Positions 21,186 through 30,384 are shown, counted from the stretch's first letter. The stretch: DNA of 64,000 nucleotides from Gemmatimonadales bacterium (GCA_036377715.1 DASUXW010000226.1:1916-65915); one strand, 5' to 3'. A program made the numbers and translations. The notes: generated by a model not told the origin, from the sequence alone.

Positions 21186-21914
21186 TCAGCCCGTAGCGGC
21201 GTCGGGGAGGCCGCCGAAGCGCCGTTCGCGCGAGGCGAACTCGCGCACCGCGTCGTGCAGCGCTTCGGGGCCGAATTCGGGCCACATGAGGGGGGTGAAG
21301 TGCAGCTCGGCGTACGCGGCTTCCCAGAGCAGGAAATCGCTCAGCCGGCGCTCGCCGCCGGTGCGGATGAGCAGGTCCACCTCGCGGACGGGCGTGCCGT
21401 GGTCCACGATCGCGAGCAGCCGCCCGAACGAATCGCGCGAGGGCACGGAGCCGGGCTGCACGCACTGGGCCGCGCGGAGGATCGCGTCGCGCGAGGAATA
21501 GTCCAGCGCGATGCGGAGGTGAAGCCGCCCACCGGACGCGGTGTCGCGCTCGGTCTCTTCCACGGCCGCGCGGAGCGCGCGGCCGATCCGGTCGCGCCGG
21601 CCGATGACTTCGAGCCGGACGCCGTTCGCCACGCACCGGGCGCGCTCGACGCGTAGATACTCGCGGAAGAGCCGCATGAGCCAGCCCACCTCGGCGCGGG
21701 GCCGGCGCCAGTTGTCGGCCGAAAAGGCGTACAGTGTGAGGACGCCGATCCCCGCATCGGGCGCCGCTTCGACGATGCGTCGCACCATCGCCGCTCCCGC
21801 CCGGTGTCCCTCCGCGCGCGAGCGGCCCTGTCGCACGGCCCAGCGCCCGTTGCCGTCCATGATGACGCCGACGTGAAGCGGGGCGGGCCCGGCAGGGGCG
21901 GCGCTTTGCTGCAT
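21186..21914 (-). CDS. uppS: Undecaprenyl diphosphate synthase (cis-prenyltransferase)
   Basis: [13 protein letters not shown]...GHRAG...[14 protein letters not shown]...[19 protein letters not shown]. Start at the internal Met MQQSAAP. Confidence 0.93.
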   Translation of the reverse strand: MQQSAAPAGPAPLHVGVIMDGNGRWAVRQGRSRAEGHRAGAAMVRRIVEAAPDAGIGVLTLYAFSADNWRRPRAEVGWLMRLFREYLRVERARCVANGVRLEVIGRRDRIGRALRAAVEETERDTASGGRLHLRIALDYSSRDAILRAAQCVQPGSVPSRDSFGRLLAIVDHGTPVREVDLLIRTGGERRLSDFLLWEAAYAELHFTPLMWPEFGPEALHDAVREFASRERRFGGLPDAATG

Positions 21915-21946
21915 AAAGTGGCTCCTCAAAAAAGAGAGCGCGAAGC

Positions 21947-22330
21947 TCAGCGCTCGCGCGTGACGCGGATGAGCGCTTCCATGTGGTCCAGGTATCGCTC
22001 GAGCGCGCCGCGGCCCGCCGGACTCAGCCGGTACTCGGTCCGGGGCACCCGGCCTTCGAACGTCTTGGTGCACACGATGTAGTCGGCCTCTTCGAGCTTC
22101 CGTGCGTGGACGCTGAGGTTGCCGTCGGTCGTATCGAGCAGGCGCTTGAGCTCGTTGAAGCTGAGCGAGGCGTTCACCGCCAGCGCGCTCACGATCGCGA
22201 GCCGCATCCGCTCGTGGATCAGCCGGTCGAGCTCGAGCGGGGCGTGCGCCGCGTCGCCGCGGACACCGCGGAGCCCCTGGGGGGGAGCTCGCTCGGAACG
22301 ATTCTTGGGGGCAAGACCGGATTCAGCCAC
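21947..22330 (-). CDS. Winged-helix transcriptional regulator (ArsR/MarR-like)
   Basis: [52 protein letters not shown]... The GTG start has a GGAGG SD and overlaps the upstream stop by 8 nt. Confidence 0.8.
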   Translation of the reverse strand: MAESGLAPKNRSERAPPQGLRGVRGDAAHAPLELDRLIHERMRLAIVSALAVNASLSFNELKRLLDTTDGNLSVHARKLEEADYIVCTKTFEGRVPRTEYRLSPAGRGALERYLDHMEALIRVTRER

Positions 22331-22946
22331 CGTACCTCCGTGCAATGATGATGCCGAACACGATGTGGAGCCCACCGAAGCCCGCCGCCATGAGGAGATT
22401 GCCCCAGCCGGCCGGCGCGAACAGCGCCACGCCGCCGAGCGCCATGAAGCAGAGTCCCATCAGCGGGACGACGCGCACCGAATAGGCGCCTCCGGTCACG
22501 ACACCCGTGCCGTAGAGCAGGAGCCAGGTCCCCGGGAGGGCCCGGTAGAGGCCGCCGCGCACCAGCACCGCGGTGAGCAGGACCCCAACGAGGAGCGGCG
22601 GCACGTAGCTCAGGACGAAGCGTCGACCCGAGTACGAGAACACAGTGGTGCCGGCCCGCCGTGCCTTGGTGGTCATGGTCCAGCCGCCGAGCGCAAGCGC
22701 CGCGACCGCCGTTGCCATCCACGTCGTGAGCCACGCCCCCGGAGTGGGCTGCGTGGGGGCGATGGCCGCCGCGGCGAGCGCCAGCCCCCCCATGGCGACG
22801 CCGCCCCACCCCGGCACGGCCGTGAAGGCCGTGGCCCGCTCCATGGTCCGGCGGATGAACGAGAGATTGTCCATCGCCCGGGCGTGGAGCGCCGGGTCCT
22901 CTCGGGGGGGAACGGGCACGCGCTGGGGCGACGCCATGCGGGACAC
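22323..22946 (-). CDS. Integral membrane protein, hypothetical (5-6 TM)
   Basis: Hydrophobic segments run throughout the protein. It is translationally coupled to the downstream regulator. Confidence 0.7.
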   Translation of the reverse strand: MSRMASPQRVPVPPREDPALHARAMDNLSFIRRTMERATAFTAVPGWGGVAMGGLALAAAAIAPTQPTPGAWLTTWMATAVAALALGGWTMTTKARRAGTTVFSYSGRRFVLSYVPPLLVGVLLTAVLVRGGLYRALPGTWLLLYGTGVVTGGAYSVRVVPLMGLCFMALGGVALFAPAGWGNLLMAAGFGGLHIVFGIIIARRYGG

Positions 22947-22978
22947 AATACCCTCTCAGGCCACTCTGATCAAGTACT

Positions 22979-23431
22979 TTACGCAGCAGAGCGCAGGTCG
23001 GACGTGCACTGGGGACACCGGGTCGCCGCCACCGGGATCGCCATCCTGCAGTAGGGGCAGTCCTTCGTGTTGGGCGCTTCGGCCTCCTGCGGCATCATCC
23101 GGTTGGCGGCACGCACCAGCAGAAACACCGCGAAGGCGATGATGAGAAATGCGATGATCGTGTTGATGAAGAGGCCGTAGTTGAGCGTGACCGCGCCGGC
23201 GGCGTGAGCTTCGGCCACCGTGGCGTAGGGAGGCGGCGCCTTGGCTCCCTGCTTGAGCACCAGGAACAGGTTGGAGAAGTCCACGTTGCCCAGCGCCAGG
23301 CCGATCGGCGGCATGATGATGTCGTCCACCAGCGACTTCACAATGGTGCCGAATGCCCCGCCCATGATGAAGCCGACCGCGAGATCCAGCACGTTGCCCC
23401 GCATCGCGAACGCCTTGAATTCCTTCAGCAT
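22979..23431 (-). CDS. mscL: Large-conductance mechanosensitive channel, with C-terminal CxxC...CxxC zinc-ribbon tail
   Basis: MLKEFKAFAMRGNVLDLAVGFIMGGAFGTIVKSLVDDIIMPPIG is the canonical MscL TM1. The tail is KDCPYCRMAIPVAATRCPQCTSDL. Confidence 0.93.
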   Translation of the reverse strand: MLKEFKAFAMRGNVLDLAVGFIMGGAFGTIVKSLVDDIIMPPIGLALGNVDFSNLFLVLKQGAKAPPPYATVAEAHAAGAVTLNYGLFINTIIAFLIIAFAVFLLVRAANRMMPQEAEAPNTKDCPYCRMAIPVAATRCPQCTSDLRSAA

Positions 23432-23581
23432 GTCGCCTCCTTGCGCGTGAGCCTTCCGACCTGCATATCCTGCCGGTCAATCCATAGCTCCAAGCAGGCC
23501 GGTCCGCGAGGGGGTGTGCGGCCGGCGCCGGGGGTCATCGTCTCCCGTCCGATTTCCCCTCCCTCTCCCGAGACGCGCATC

Positions 23582-24727
23582 GTGCCTGGCTCACCGGCAG
23601 TTTCCTGTCGTACGGCCCTGGGCGGCGTACTCCTGCTCGCCCTGGCCTGCGGTCACAGCGACCCGTTCAGCGGCCCCTCTACCGGAACCGACAGCCCCTT
23701 CGACCCGACCCCGCCCGTGCGGCTGACGCTCAACGAGGCGGCCGACCGTGGGCCCTCATGGCTGCCGGACGGCTCCGGCATCCTCTACTCCTCCCACCAG
23801 GTCGGCCGACGGGATCACGATCTCTGCCTTGCCGAGCTGCCGCCCACCGGCGGGACGCAGCGCCGCCTTGTGTGCAACCTCTCGGGCCTGGGCGACGACA
23901 GCACCAACGCCATCGAATCACCGGTGATCTCCGCCGACGGCCGGCTGGCATTCGTCAAGGCTGCCGGCGCCGCCGGCGCCCTGACGCCGAGCCGCGAAGC
24001 CGTGACGGTATCACCCGGCGACGACCCCGCAGCAGGGATCAATGTGCAGCCGATCCCGTTCTCGCTGCCGGGCGAGCCCCGCTACAGTGCGGTGCGCCAG
24101 CTCCGCTGGCAGAATGCCTCGCGTCTGGTCTTCGTCGCCTCGCAGGTGCTCTACCGCGTTCCCTGCCAGTTCTGCCAGTACGATACGATCGTATCGGGAC
24201 TCGATGTCGGCGTGCTGGATCTGTCGCCCGGTGGTGCATCCGTCTTGGTGCTGCCCGGCACCGATCTCGCCACGGGTGTGAGTCCCGGTCCGACCGAGGA
24301 CGAGGTGTACTTCACGCTCGCGGGCGACAGCCGCGTCTACCGCCGCCTCCTCTCCAGCGGTGCCACCGATGTGGTCTACGACTTCGCCGCCGCGGGCGTC
24401 GCGCGCGACGTGCACGTCGCCGCGGGCCGGCTCGCCGCGGTGGTGGGCGGCCGGGTCGCCTTCTCGATCGACCCGGACCTGGGACCGACGCAATGGGACA
24501 GCGGAGGGATCATTCACGTGGTGACGCTCGCCTCCGGGGCCGATGTCGCGCTCGACGGGCCCGGCCTGTTCCGCCGCCCCGCGCTCTCGCCGGATGGGGC
24601 CCGGCTGGTGGCGGAGGGCTACCCGCTGACCATCACCGAAACCCGGGACCCTGTGACCGGAGCGCTCCTCGCGGCCGACACCACGGTCGCTCGGGCGGGA
24701 GACATCTACCTCTTTGGTGCGCCGTGA
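23582..24727 (+). CDS. TolB-like beta-propeller lipoprotein (PD40/WD40-like repeats)
   Basis: An in-frame GTG precedes the lipoprotein signal CRTALGGVLLLALAC. The PD40-like repeats are DRGPSWLPDGSGILYSS and RRPALSPDGARLVAEG. Confidence 0.7.
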   Translation: MPGSPAVSCRTALGGVLLLALACGHSDPFSGPSTGTDSPFDPTPPVRLTLNEAADRGPSWLPDGSGILYSSHQVGRRDHDLCLAELPPTGGTQRRLVCNLSGLGDDSTNAIESPVISADGRLAFVKAAGAAGALTPSREAVTVSPGDDPAAGINVQPIPFSLPGEPRYSAVRQLRWQNASRLVFVASQVLYRVPCQFCQYDTIVSGLDVGVLDLSPGGASVLVLPGTDLATGVSPGPTEDEVYFTLAGDSRVYRRLLSSGATDVVYDFAAAGVARDVHVAAGRLAAVVGGRVAFSIDPDLGPTQWDSGGIIHVVTLASGADVALDGPGLFRRPALSPDGARLVAEGYPLTITETRDPVTGALLAADTTVARAGDIYLFGAP

Positions 24728-27465
24728 GGGCCGCGCGCCTGGCGGGCATGCTCGCCGCGGCCCTCGCGTTCCTGCTCGGTGCCGGAACGCTCGCGGCCCA
24801 GAGCGAGGGCGCCGTCGCGGGCCGGGTTCAGGCCTCCGACGGCCGCCGTCCGCTCGGTGGCGCGCAGGTGCTGCTCGACGACCATGTCAGCGCGGTGACC
24901 GACACCGCGGGAACGTACCGGATCCGCGCGGTACGCACCGGCTGGCACCGGGTCTCGGCCCGGCTGATCGGGTTCCGCAGCGTGGTGCTCGACAGCGTGC
25001 TGGTGCGCGCGGGTGCCACCGTGACCGCGAACTTCCAGCTCACGCCGAGCGCCGTCGAGCTGGCGCCGATCGTGGTCACCGCGCCGGTGGACGAGCTGCT
25101 CGACCCGCTCGCCACCAGCACCGAACAGAAGATCACCGCGCGCGACCTGCGCGACCTGCCGGTCAGCTCGCTCGAGGAGGCAATCGCGCTGAGCGCCGGC
25201 GCCGTCGGACAGAGTTACCGCGGCGGCCGGCTAGGCGAGGAATCGTTCATCCTCGACGGGCTCGGGGTCAAGAACCAGCTCGATGCGGCTACCGGCGGGC
25301 TCGGCCTCCGGCTCCCCCCCGACCTGCTGGGCGAGGCTTCGCTCATCACGAACGGGTTCTCCGCGCGCTACGGGCAGGCGCTGTCGGGCCTGGTGAACGT
25401 GGTCACCCGTGAGCCCGGCGAGAGCTGGGAGGGCCGCGCCGCCGTGGAGACCGACCGCCCGTTCGGCGGCACGCTCGACCACGGGCTCGACCGCCTGGCG
25501 CTGCGCGCGGGTGGCCCGGTCAGCGGCGGCGTCGGGTTCGTCGGCGCGGTGGACATCGCCGGCCGGCTGGATGACGATCCGGTGAACGCCGCACTGGGAC
25601 TGCTCCCGCACAACAGCGGCGAGCAGTGGAACGGCGCCGGCAAGCTGGTCGTGCCGCTGGGCGGCGCCGTGACGCTGCGGGTGCTGGGCGTCCACTCGGA
25701 AGACCAGCGGCTGCTGTTCGATCCGGCCTACAAGTACGACGCGGAGTTCGGACCGGCGCAGCGGCTTCGGGGCGACCTCGTGAGCGGGCACCTGCAGTTC
25801 CGGACGGGGGAGCGGTCGGAGCACCCACTCATCGTGGACCTGCGCGGCAGCCGCTTCGTGCGGGAGTTCCTGCGGGGCACGCTCGCCGACTCGGTGGATT
25901 ACAAGATCGGCGCGCTGACCGGCTCGCGGTTCCACTTCATCGGCGAAGACCAGGCGCGGTCGCAGGATCCGTCGGCCACCCCGGTGCCCGGCCTGTCGCG
26001 GCCGGACCTCAGCGATCGCACGCCCTGGGGGGTCCCGGCCTTCTTCCTGGGCGGCGCCTCCCGCGGCGACCTGGGCTGGAATCGCTTCGGCGAAACGCGC
26101 GCGCAGCTCGACGCCACCTACGGCATGCGGAACGTGGACCTGTTCTTCGGCGGCGAGTTCAGCGCGCAGCAGGTGCGTACCTACCAGCGGGTGCTCGCCT
26201 ATCTGCCGGCGGGCGACACGGTCCCGCCGCCCGCCATCTCGGCGTTCTCCCCCCGGAGCACCTCAGGGTACGTCGAGGCGCAGACCCGCGTTGCCGATCT
26301 CGCCGTGACGCTGGGGATCCGCTACGACCAGTTCGACGCGCACACCACCAGCGCGGGTGAGTCACGCGGCACCAAGCGCGCGCTGAGCCCGCGATTCGCC
26401 GTCTCCACCGTGCTGCAGGGCGCGACCGTGGTGGCCAGCTTCGGCCGCTTCACCCAGGCGCCCGACTACCAGTTTCTGGTGGACGCGGCATTCGACGACA
26501 CCACCCGCACCGGCCGGTTCCGTCGCGGCAACCCCACGCTCGGCTTCGAGCAGGCGACCCAGTACGAGTTCAGCGTGCGCGTGCGGCCGCGGGAAGCGGT
26601 CTCGCTGCGAGTGGGCGTGTACCAGAAGCGGCTCACGGGCCTCGTCGCGTCGGTGCCGATCGGTCTCAATCCGGATTCGACCATCTTCGGCAACGCCGAC
26701 GCGGGAACGGCGCGGGGAATCGAGATCATCGCGGAGCGGGAGCTTCGGAACGGCTTCGGGCTCCGGCTGGCGTACGCGCTGCAGGATGCCAAGGCCACCT
26801 CGACCGACCCCTTCCTGCTCAACCGTCTCATCGTCGTGGACCCGGAGACGGGCGACACCAGCCGGCCCGCACGCGCGGAGTTCCCGCTGGACTTCGACCA
26901 GCGGCACACCCTCACCGTGATCGCCCGGGGGAAGGTCCCCGAGCACGTAGGCCCGATGGTGCTCGGTGCGCGGCCGCTGGCGGGCCTCGAAGGAGCGGTA
27001 ATCGTCCGGGCGCTCTCCGGGCTGCCGTTCACCAGGGTGGACAGCACCGGGACGGTGATTCCGGGGCCGCCGAACGATTCCCGCCTGCCCTGGACGTCGA
27101 GCGTGGACCTGCTGGTGCGCCGCCCGTTCCAGCTGGGCGGCATGCTGGGCGGCGTCTATCTCGACGTGCGCAACCTGCTGAATCGGCGGAACGTCGTCGC
27201 GGTGCGCCGGGACTCGGGCCTGCCCACGGCGGATCAGGCCACGATCACCGGCATGGCCGAGGCGGCGTACGCCGCCCACCCGGAGACGATCCCCTACGAG
27301 TCGGCCCGCTACCGTGCGAGCGCCGACCTGAACGGCGACGGCTACATCACGGGACGCGAGGAGCTCTTCCCGCTGTACCTCGACGCCGCGAAGGACTTCG
27401 TTCAGCCGGTGTTCGCCTACGGACCGCCGCGTCTCGCGAGGCTCGGGTTCGAGCTGCTGTTCTGA
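24724..27465 (+). CDS. TonB-dependent receptor-like outer-membrane protein with N-terminal CarboxypepD_reg domain
   Basis: GTGA overlap with the upstream gene. Signal peptide MLAAALAFLLGAGTLAAQ. The CarboxypepD_reg-like domain is GRVQASDG...TDTAGTYRIRAVRTGWHRVSARLIGF. A plug region follows (ITNGFSARYGQALSGLVNVVT). The long beta-barrel ends in the terminal F (GFELLF). Confidence 0.85.
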   Translation: MRAARLAGMLAAALAFLLGAGTLAAQSEGAVAGRVQASDGRRPLGGAQVLLDDHVSAVTDTAGTYRIRAVRTGWHRVSARLIGFRSVVLDSVLVRAGATVTANFQLTPSAVELAPIVVTAPVDELLDPLATSTEQKITARDLRDLPVSSLEEAIALSAGAVGQSYRGGRLGEESFILDGLGVKNQLDAATGGLGLRLPPDLLGEASLITNGFSARYGQALSGLVNVVTREPGESWEGRAAVETDRPFGGTLDHGLDRLALRAGGPVSGGVGFVGAVDIAGRLDDDPVNAALGLLPHNSGEQWNGAGKLVVPLGGAVTLRVLGVHSEDQRLLFDPAYKYDAEFGPAQRLRGDLVSGHLQFRTGERSEHPLIVDLRGSRFVREFLRGTLADSVDYKIGALTGSRFHFIGEDQARSQDPSATPVPGLSRPDLSDRTPWGVPAFFLGGASRGDLGWNRFGETRAQLDATYGMRNVDLFFGGEFSAQQVRTYQRVLAYLPAGDTVPPPAISAFSPRSTSGYVEAQTRVADLAVTLGIRYDQFDAHTTSAGESRGTKRALSPRFAVSTVLQGATVVASFGRFTQAPDYQFLVDAAFDDTTRTGRFRRGNPTLGFEQATQYEFSVRVRPREAVSLRVGVYQKRLTGLVASVPIGLNPDSTIFGNADAGTARGIEIIAERELRNGFGLRLAYALQDAKATSTDPFLLNRLIVVDPETGDTSRPARAEFPLDFDQRHTLTVIARGKVPEHVGPMVLGARPLAGLEGAVIVRALSGLPFTRVDSTGTVIPGPPNDSRLPWTSSVDLLVRRPFQLGGMLGGVYLDVRNLLNRRNVVAVRRDSGLPTADQATITGMAEAAYAAHPETIPYESARYRASADLNGDGYITGREELFPLYLDAAKDFVQPVFAYGPPRLARLGFELLF

Positions 27466-28364
27466 GCGACGAGGTCCTGTTCGAGGAGGGCCTTGTTGAT
27501 CGCCACCGCCGCTTCGGCGCCTTCCGCGGCGGCCACGATGACGAATTGCACTTCGCGCGAGGCATCACCGCAGACGTAGAGGCCGGAGACGTTCGTGGCC
27601 TCGCACGTCCCGGTGGCCACGGCGCCCCGCTCGGTGAAGGTGCACCCGAGCCGTGCGGGCAACGGTGAGGCCTGGTGCTGGCCGGCCGAGAAGAAGAGCG
27701 CCCGCCGCTCGGCCGGTGCCCCGCGATCGAAGACCACGCGCTCCAGCCGCCCTTCCCTGCCCTCGAGCCGCACCACCCGGTCTTCCCGGACCGGCACGCC
27801 GGCGGTCGCGAGGCGCTGCTGAAGCGCCTCCGGGATGCCGCTCGGCCCGTCGGTGCAGAGCAGCAGGTCCCGGCTCCAACCCGTGAGCGCCAGCGCCAGC
27901 CCGGCCCCTTCCTCACCCCGGCCGTAGATCGCGATCGGCTGGTCGCGCCACTCCCAGCCGTCGCAATAGGGGCAGTGATGGACGCTGGTCCCGTAGAGCG
28001 CGTCGAGCCCTTCGATATCGGGCAGCTCGTCCACCACGCCCGTGGCGAGCAGCAGCTTGCGCGACTGGAGCCGGGTGCCGTCCGCGCAGGTCACGACGAA
28101 CCCGCTCGCTTCGCGCACGGCGTCGGTGACCTCGGCCGACCGGAGCTCGATGGTGGTGTACGGCGCGAGCTGCTCCCGCGCGATGCGAAGCAGCTCGGCA
28201 GGGGCCGTACCGTCTCTGGTGAAGATGCCGTGAGCGGTGCGCGCGCGCCGGTTCCGGGGCCGGCCCGCGTCGCACAGCACGACGCGGCGGCGGCACCGGC
28301 CGAGCACGAGCGCCGCGCTCAGTCCGGCCGGGCCGCCGCCGGCGATGATGCAATCGTAGATCAC
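27417..28364 (-). CDS. Thioredoxin-reductase-like FAD-dependent oxidoreductase (CPYC redox motif)
   Basis: This is the C-terminal 315 codons of track ORF 27417..29012: VIYDCIIAGGGPAGLSAAL..., HHCPYCDGWE, and YVCGDAS. The GTG start overlaps the upstream stop. Confidence 0.85.
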   Translation of the reverse strand: MIYDCIIAGGGPAGLSAALVLGRCRRRVVLCDAGRPRNRRARTAHGIFTRDGTAPAELLRIAREQLAPYTTIELRSAEVTDAVREASGFVVTCADGTRLQSRKLLLATGVVDELPDIEGLDALYGTSVHHCPYCDGWEWRDQPIAIYGRGEEGAGLALALTGWSRDLLLCTDGPSGIPEALQQRLATAGVPVREDRVVRLEGREGRLERVVFDRGAPAERRALFFSAGQHQASPLPARLGCTFTERGAVATGTCEATNVSGLYVCGDASREVQFVIVAAAEGAEAAVAINKALLEQDLVAQNSSSNPSLARRGGP

Positions 28365-29071
28365 ATCGCGGGGGAGGAGACCTCGGCGGCCTCCATGACC
28401 TGCTTGAATCGCCGGAGGTCGTCCGCGATCTGCTGCGCCGGGTCCTCGCCGACCAGATGTCCCACGACGTCTCCGGCCTTGCCGGCGGGCGGCGCGTAGC
28501 GGAGGATCACCCGCACGTCGGTGCCGCCGTTGTGCACCGGCGAGAAATTGACCGACCCGACCTGGTTCACGTCCGACCCGGGAAGCGAGCGCCAGGAGAT
28601 CAGCTCGTTGTCGACCTCCTGATCGATCTCGGCGTCCCACTCCACCTTGGTGCCGGCCGGCCCCTTGGCGACCCAGTGCGAGCGGCGCGGACCGAGGACG
28701 GTCACCGATTCCAGATTGTCCATGAACCGCGGCAGGTTCTCGAAGTTCCGCCAGAACTGGAACAGCTCCTCGCGCGGCCGGTAGATGGTGACGGCCTCCT
28801 CGACCTTGGTGCCCTCGCCCTGCTCCAGCTCGGCCACCGTGCGCGCGCCTTCGTCTCGGGCGGAGTTCCGGCCCAGCATCCGGTTCACTTCGCAGCGTCC
28901 GGTCACCGCCCGGCCGATGAGGGCACCGCCGAGCGGCACCAGGACAGCCCGGAGCCGCCTTCGACCCAGGGAAAAGCCGACCAGGGCCGCACCCGCGAGC
29001 CCCGAGACCCACCGTTCCGTGCGGCCTACGTTGACGCCGCGATCGTCCTCTCCGCCATCGAATGCCTTCAT
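28361..29071 (-). CDS. SRPBCC (START/cyclase-dehydrase) family protein with N-terminal DUF2892/YgaP-like membrane hairpin
   Basis: Internal Met MKAFDGGEDD. The membrane segment is WVSGLAGAALVGFSLG...GGALIGRAVTGRCEVNRMLG. The SRPBCC core is IYRPREELFQFWRNFENLPRFMDNLESV...HWVAKGPAGTKVEWDAEI. Confidence 0.8.
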   Translation of the reverse strand: MKAFDGGEDDRGVNVGRTERWVSGLAGAALVGFSLGRRRLRAVLVPLGGALIGRAVTGRCEVNRMLGRNSARDEGARTVAELEQGEGTKVEEAVTIYRPREELFQFWRNFENLPRFMDNLESVTVLGPRRSHWVAKGPAGTKVEWDAEIDQEVDNELISWRSLPGSDVNQVGSVNFSPVHNGGTDVRVILRYAPPAGKAGDVVGHLVGEDPAQQIADDLRRFKQVMEAAEVSSPAM

Positions 29072-29075
29072 GGCA

Positions 29076-29345
29076 TCATCCTTTCTCGTTGTCCTCGACG
29101 CGCCGCTCGTGCTCCTCGTGATCGAGCAGGGCGGCGGTGCCATCCTGGGCGTCGGGGTGCTCGGTCTCCTCGACGACACGGCCGTAGTGGCGGCCCATCT
29201 TGTCCGGATCGCGCGGCTCGTGCAGATCGAGCTCCTCCCCGCCCTGCTCCGGCATGCTCCCGCCGTGCTCGAGCGCGAACCGGCGGCGCTCCTCATCGGT
29301 CATGGTCGCGAACTCACGACCCGTGTTCTTGGTCATGGCTATCAC
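29076..29345 (-). CDS. Small acidic His/Glu/Asp-rich protein, hypothetical (86-89 aa)
   Basis: MIAMTKNTGREFATMTDEERRRFALEHGG...LDHEEHERRVEDNEKG. It sits 4 nt upstream of the next gene and overlaps the upstream gene's end. I recognise no domain. Confidence 0.55.
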   Translation of the reverse strand: MIAMTKNTGREFATMTDEERRRFALEHGGSMPEQGGEELDLHEPRDPDKMGRHYGRVVEETEHPDAQDGTAALLDHEEHERRVEDNEKG

Positions 29346-30153
29346 TCCTCACGGTAGACTCGAGCAGCGCCTTGAGCCGCGCGAGATCCTCATTCGCCCG
29401 GGCCCGGGGGTCGGCACCGAAGAACTCCCCCAGCGTGCGTCCGGCCCGGCCGCCGGGCGGGTTGTAGCAGAACCTCAGATCGATGCGCGTCCCGTCGCCC
29501 TCGGGTGCGAAGCGCACCACGCCGGCATGCTCCAGCACCGCACCGGACTCGCTCCGCCAGGCCAGGAGGCGATCCGGTTCCCGGTCGGTGAGGACCGAGA
29601 TCCACTCGACGGTCGAGCTCCCCGGCCCGCTCACCACCCAGCGCGAGCGGCCGCCGCCCAGGTCTTCCACTTCCCGCACCTTTGACAGGAACTGCGGGAA
29701 GCTTTCGTAGTTCGACCAGAATGCGTACACTCGCTCGACCGGCGCGGTGACGTGCAGCGTCTTCTGGATATCCACGGTGCGCCGGCGTTCGCCGCCCGGC
29801 GGCGGCGCCGGCGCCGCCGCGCGGCCGACTCCTGCCGCCGCGAGTCCCATCCCGACGCGCCTGAGCACGCCGCCCCGCGCGCCCCGGCGCAGGAGGCCGT
29901 AGGCCACCATGGCGCCTCCCGCCATTCTGGCCAGGCGCCCCAGCGCGCGCCCCGCGCCGCCGGCCCCGAGGTTCGCGGCCTCGAGCCCGTGGATGTCGCC
30001 CAGACGGGAGCCGTACCGCGCCGGGCCGCGGCCGGCCCCGACGCCGAGACGATCGCGCAGCCGCGCGCGCCGGTCGGGCCCGCGCTCGGGGTCGAGGTAA
30101 TACACCAGCCCGGCCCCGACCAGCGCGCCTCCGAGGAAGTCTTTTGCACCCAT
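29314..30153 (-). CDS. SRPBCC (cyclase/dehydrase) family protein with Gly-rich N-terminal region
   Basis: Internal Met MGAKDFLGGALVGAGLVYYLDPERGPDRRARLRDRLG (DPxxGxxRRA motif). The SRPBCC core is VTAPVERVYAFWSNYESFPQFLSKVREV...RWVVSGPGSSTVEW. Confidence 0.8.
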   Translation of the reverse strand: MGAKDFLGGALVGAGLVYYLDPERGPDRRARLRDRLGVGAGRGPARYGSRLGDIHGLEAANLGAGGAGRALGRLARMAGGAMVAYGLLRRGARGGVLRRVGMGLAAAGVGRAAAPAPPPGGERRRTVDIQKTLHVTAPVERVYAFWSNYESFPQFLSKVREVEDLGGGRSRWVVSGPGSSTVEWISVLTDREPDRLLAWRSESGAVLEHAGVVRFAPEGDGTRIDLRFCYNPPGGRAGRTLGEFFGADPRARANEDLARLKALLESTVRSDSHDQEHGS

Positions 30154-30384
30154 CCTGCAAAGGATACCGCGGCGGTGTCCGAGGCTGTGATGCACCTCAC
30201 ACCTTTCACGCGGTTCGCGACGCGGCACCAGCGTGTGCCCGGGTGGATCTTTGGCGCCATCCCGGTCGAAAGGCTCGGGCCAACTTCAGAGGTCGGCCAC
30301 GTCCGTCGTGCTCATCAGCGCAGCCGTGAGGCTTCGCTGCGGCAGTGAGGAGTGGCTCGCGCACCCTCCAGCTCCGAGCACCGC

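Noticed and set aside
23758-24723. N-terminal 322 codons of the 1235-aa track ORF containing the TonB-dependent receptor. Similar long 5' extensions occur on track ORFs 14342, 14635, 15576, 38319, 39005, 49503, 54718, 55212 and 58070.
   Set aside because: The extensions overlap the preceding well-supported gene in another frame and are Arg/Pro-rich. Internal ATG or GTG codons that create 4-nt stop/start overlaps give N-termini matching the protein families.
28355-28445. Apparent single reading frame joining the SRPBCC gene to the TrxR-like gene. My hand count of a G-run near 28439-28442 suggested a fusion or frameshift.
   Set aside because: The supplied ORF track terminates the SRPBCC frame at 28361, and both track translations agree with two separate genes sharing a GTGA-type junction. 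I cannot count homopolymer runs reliably by eye, so I followed the track.
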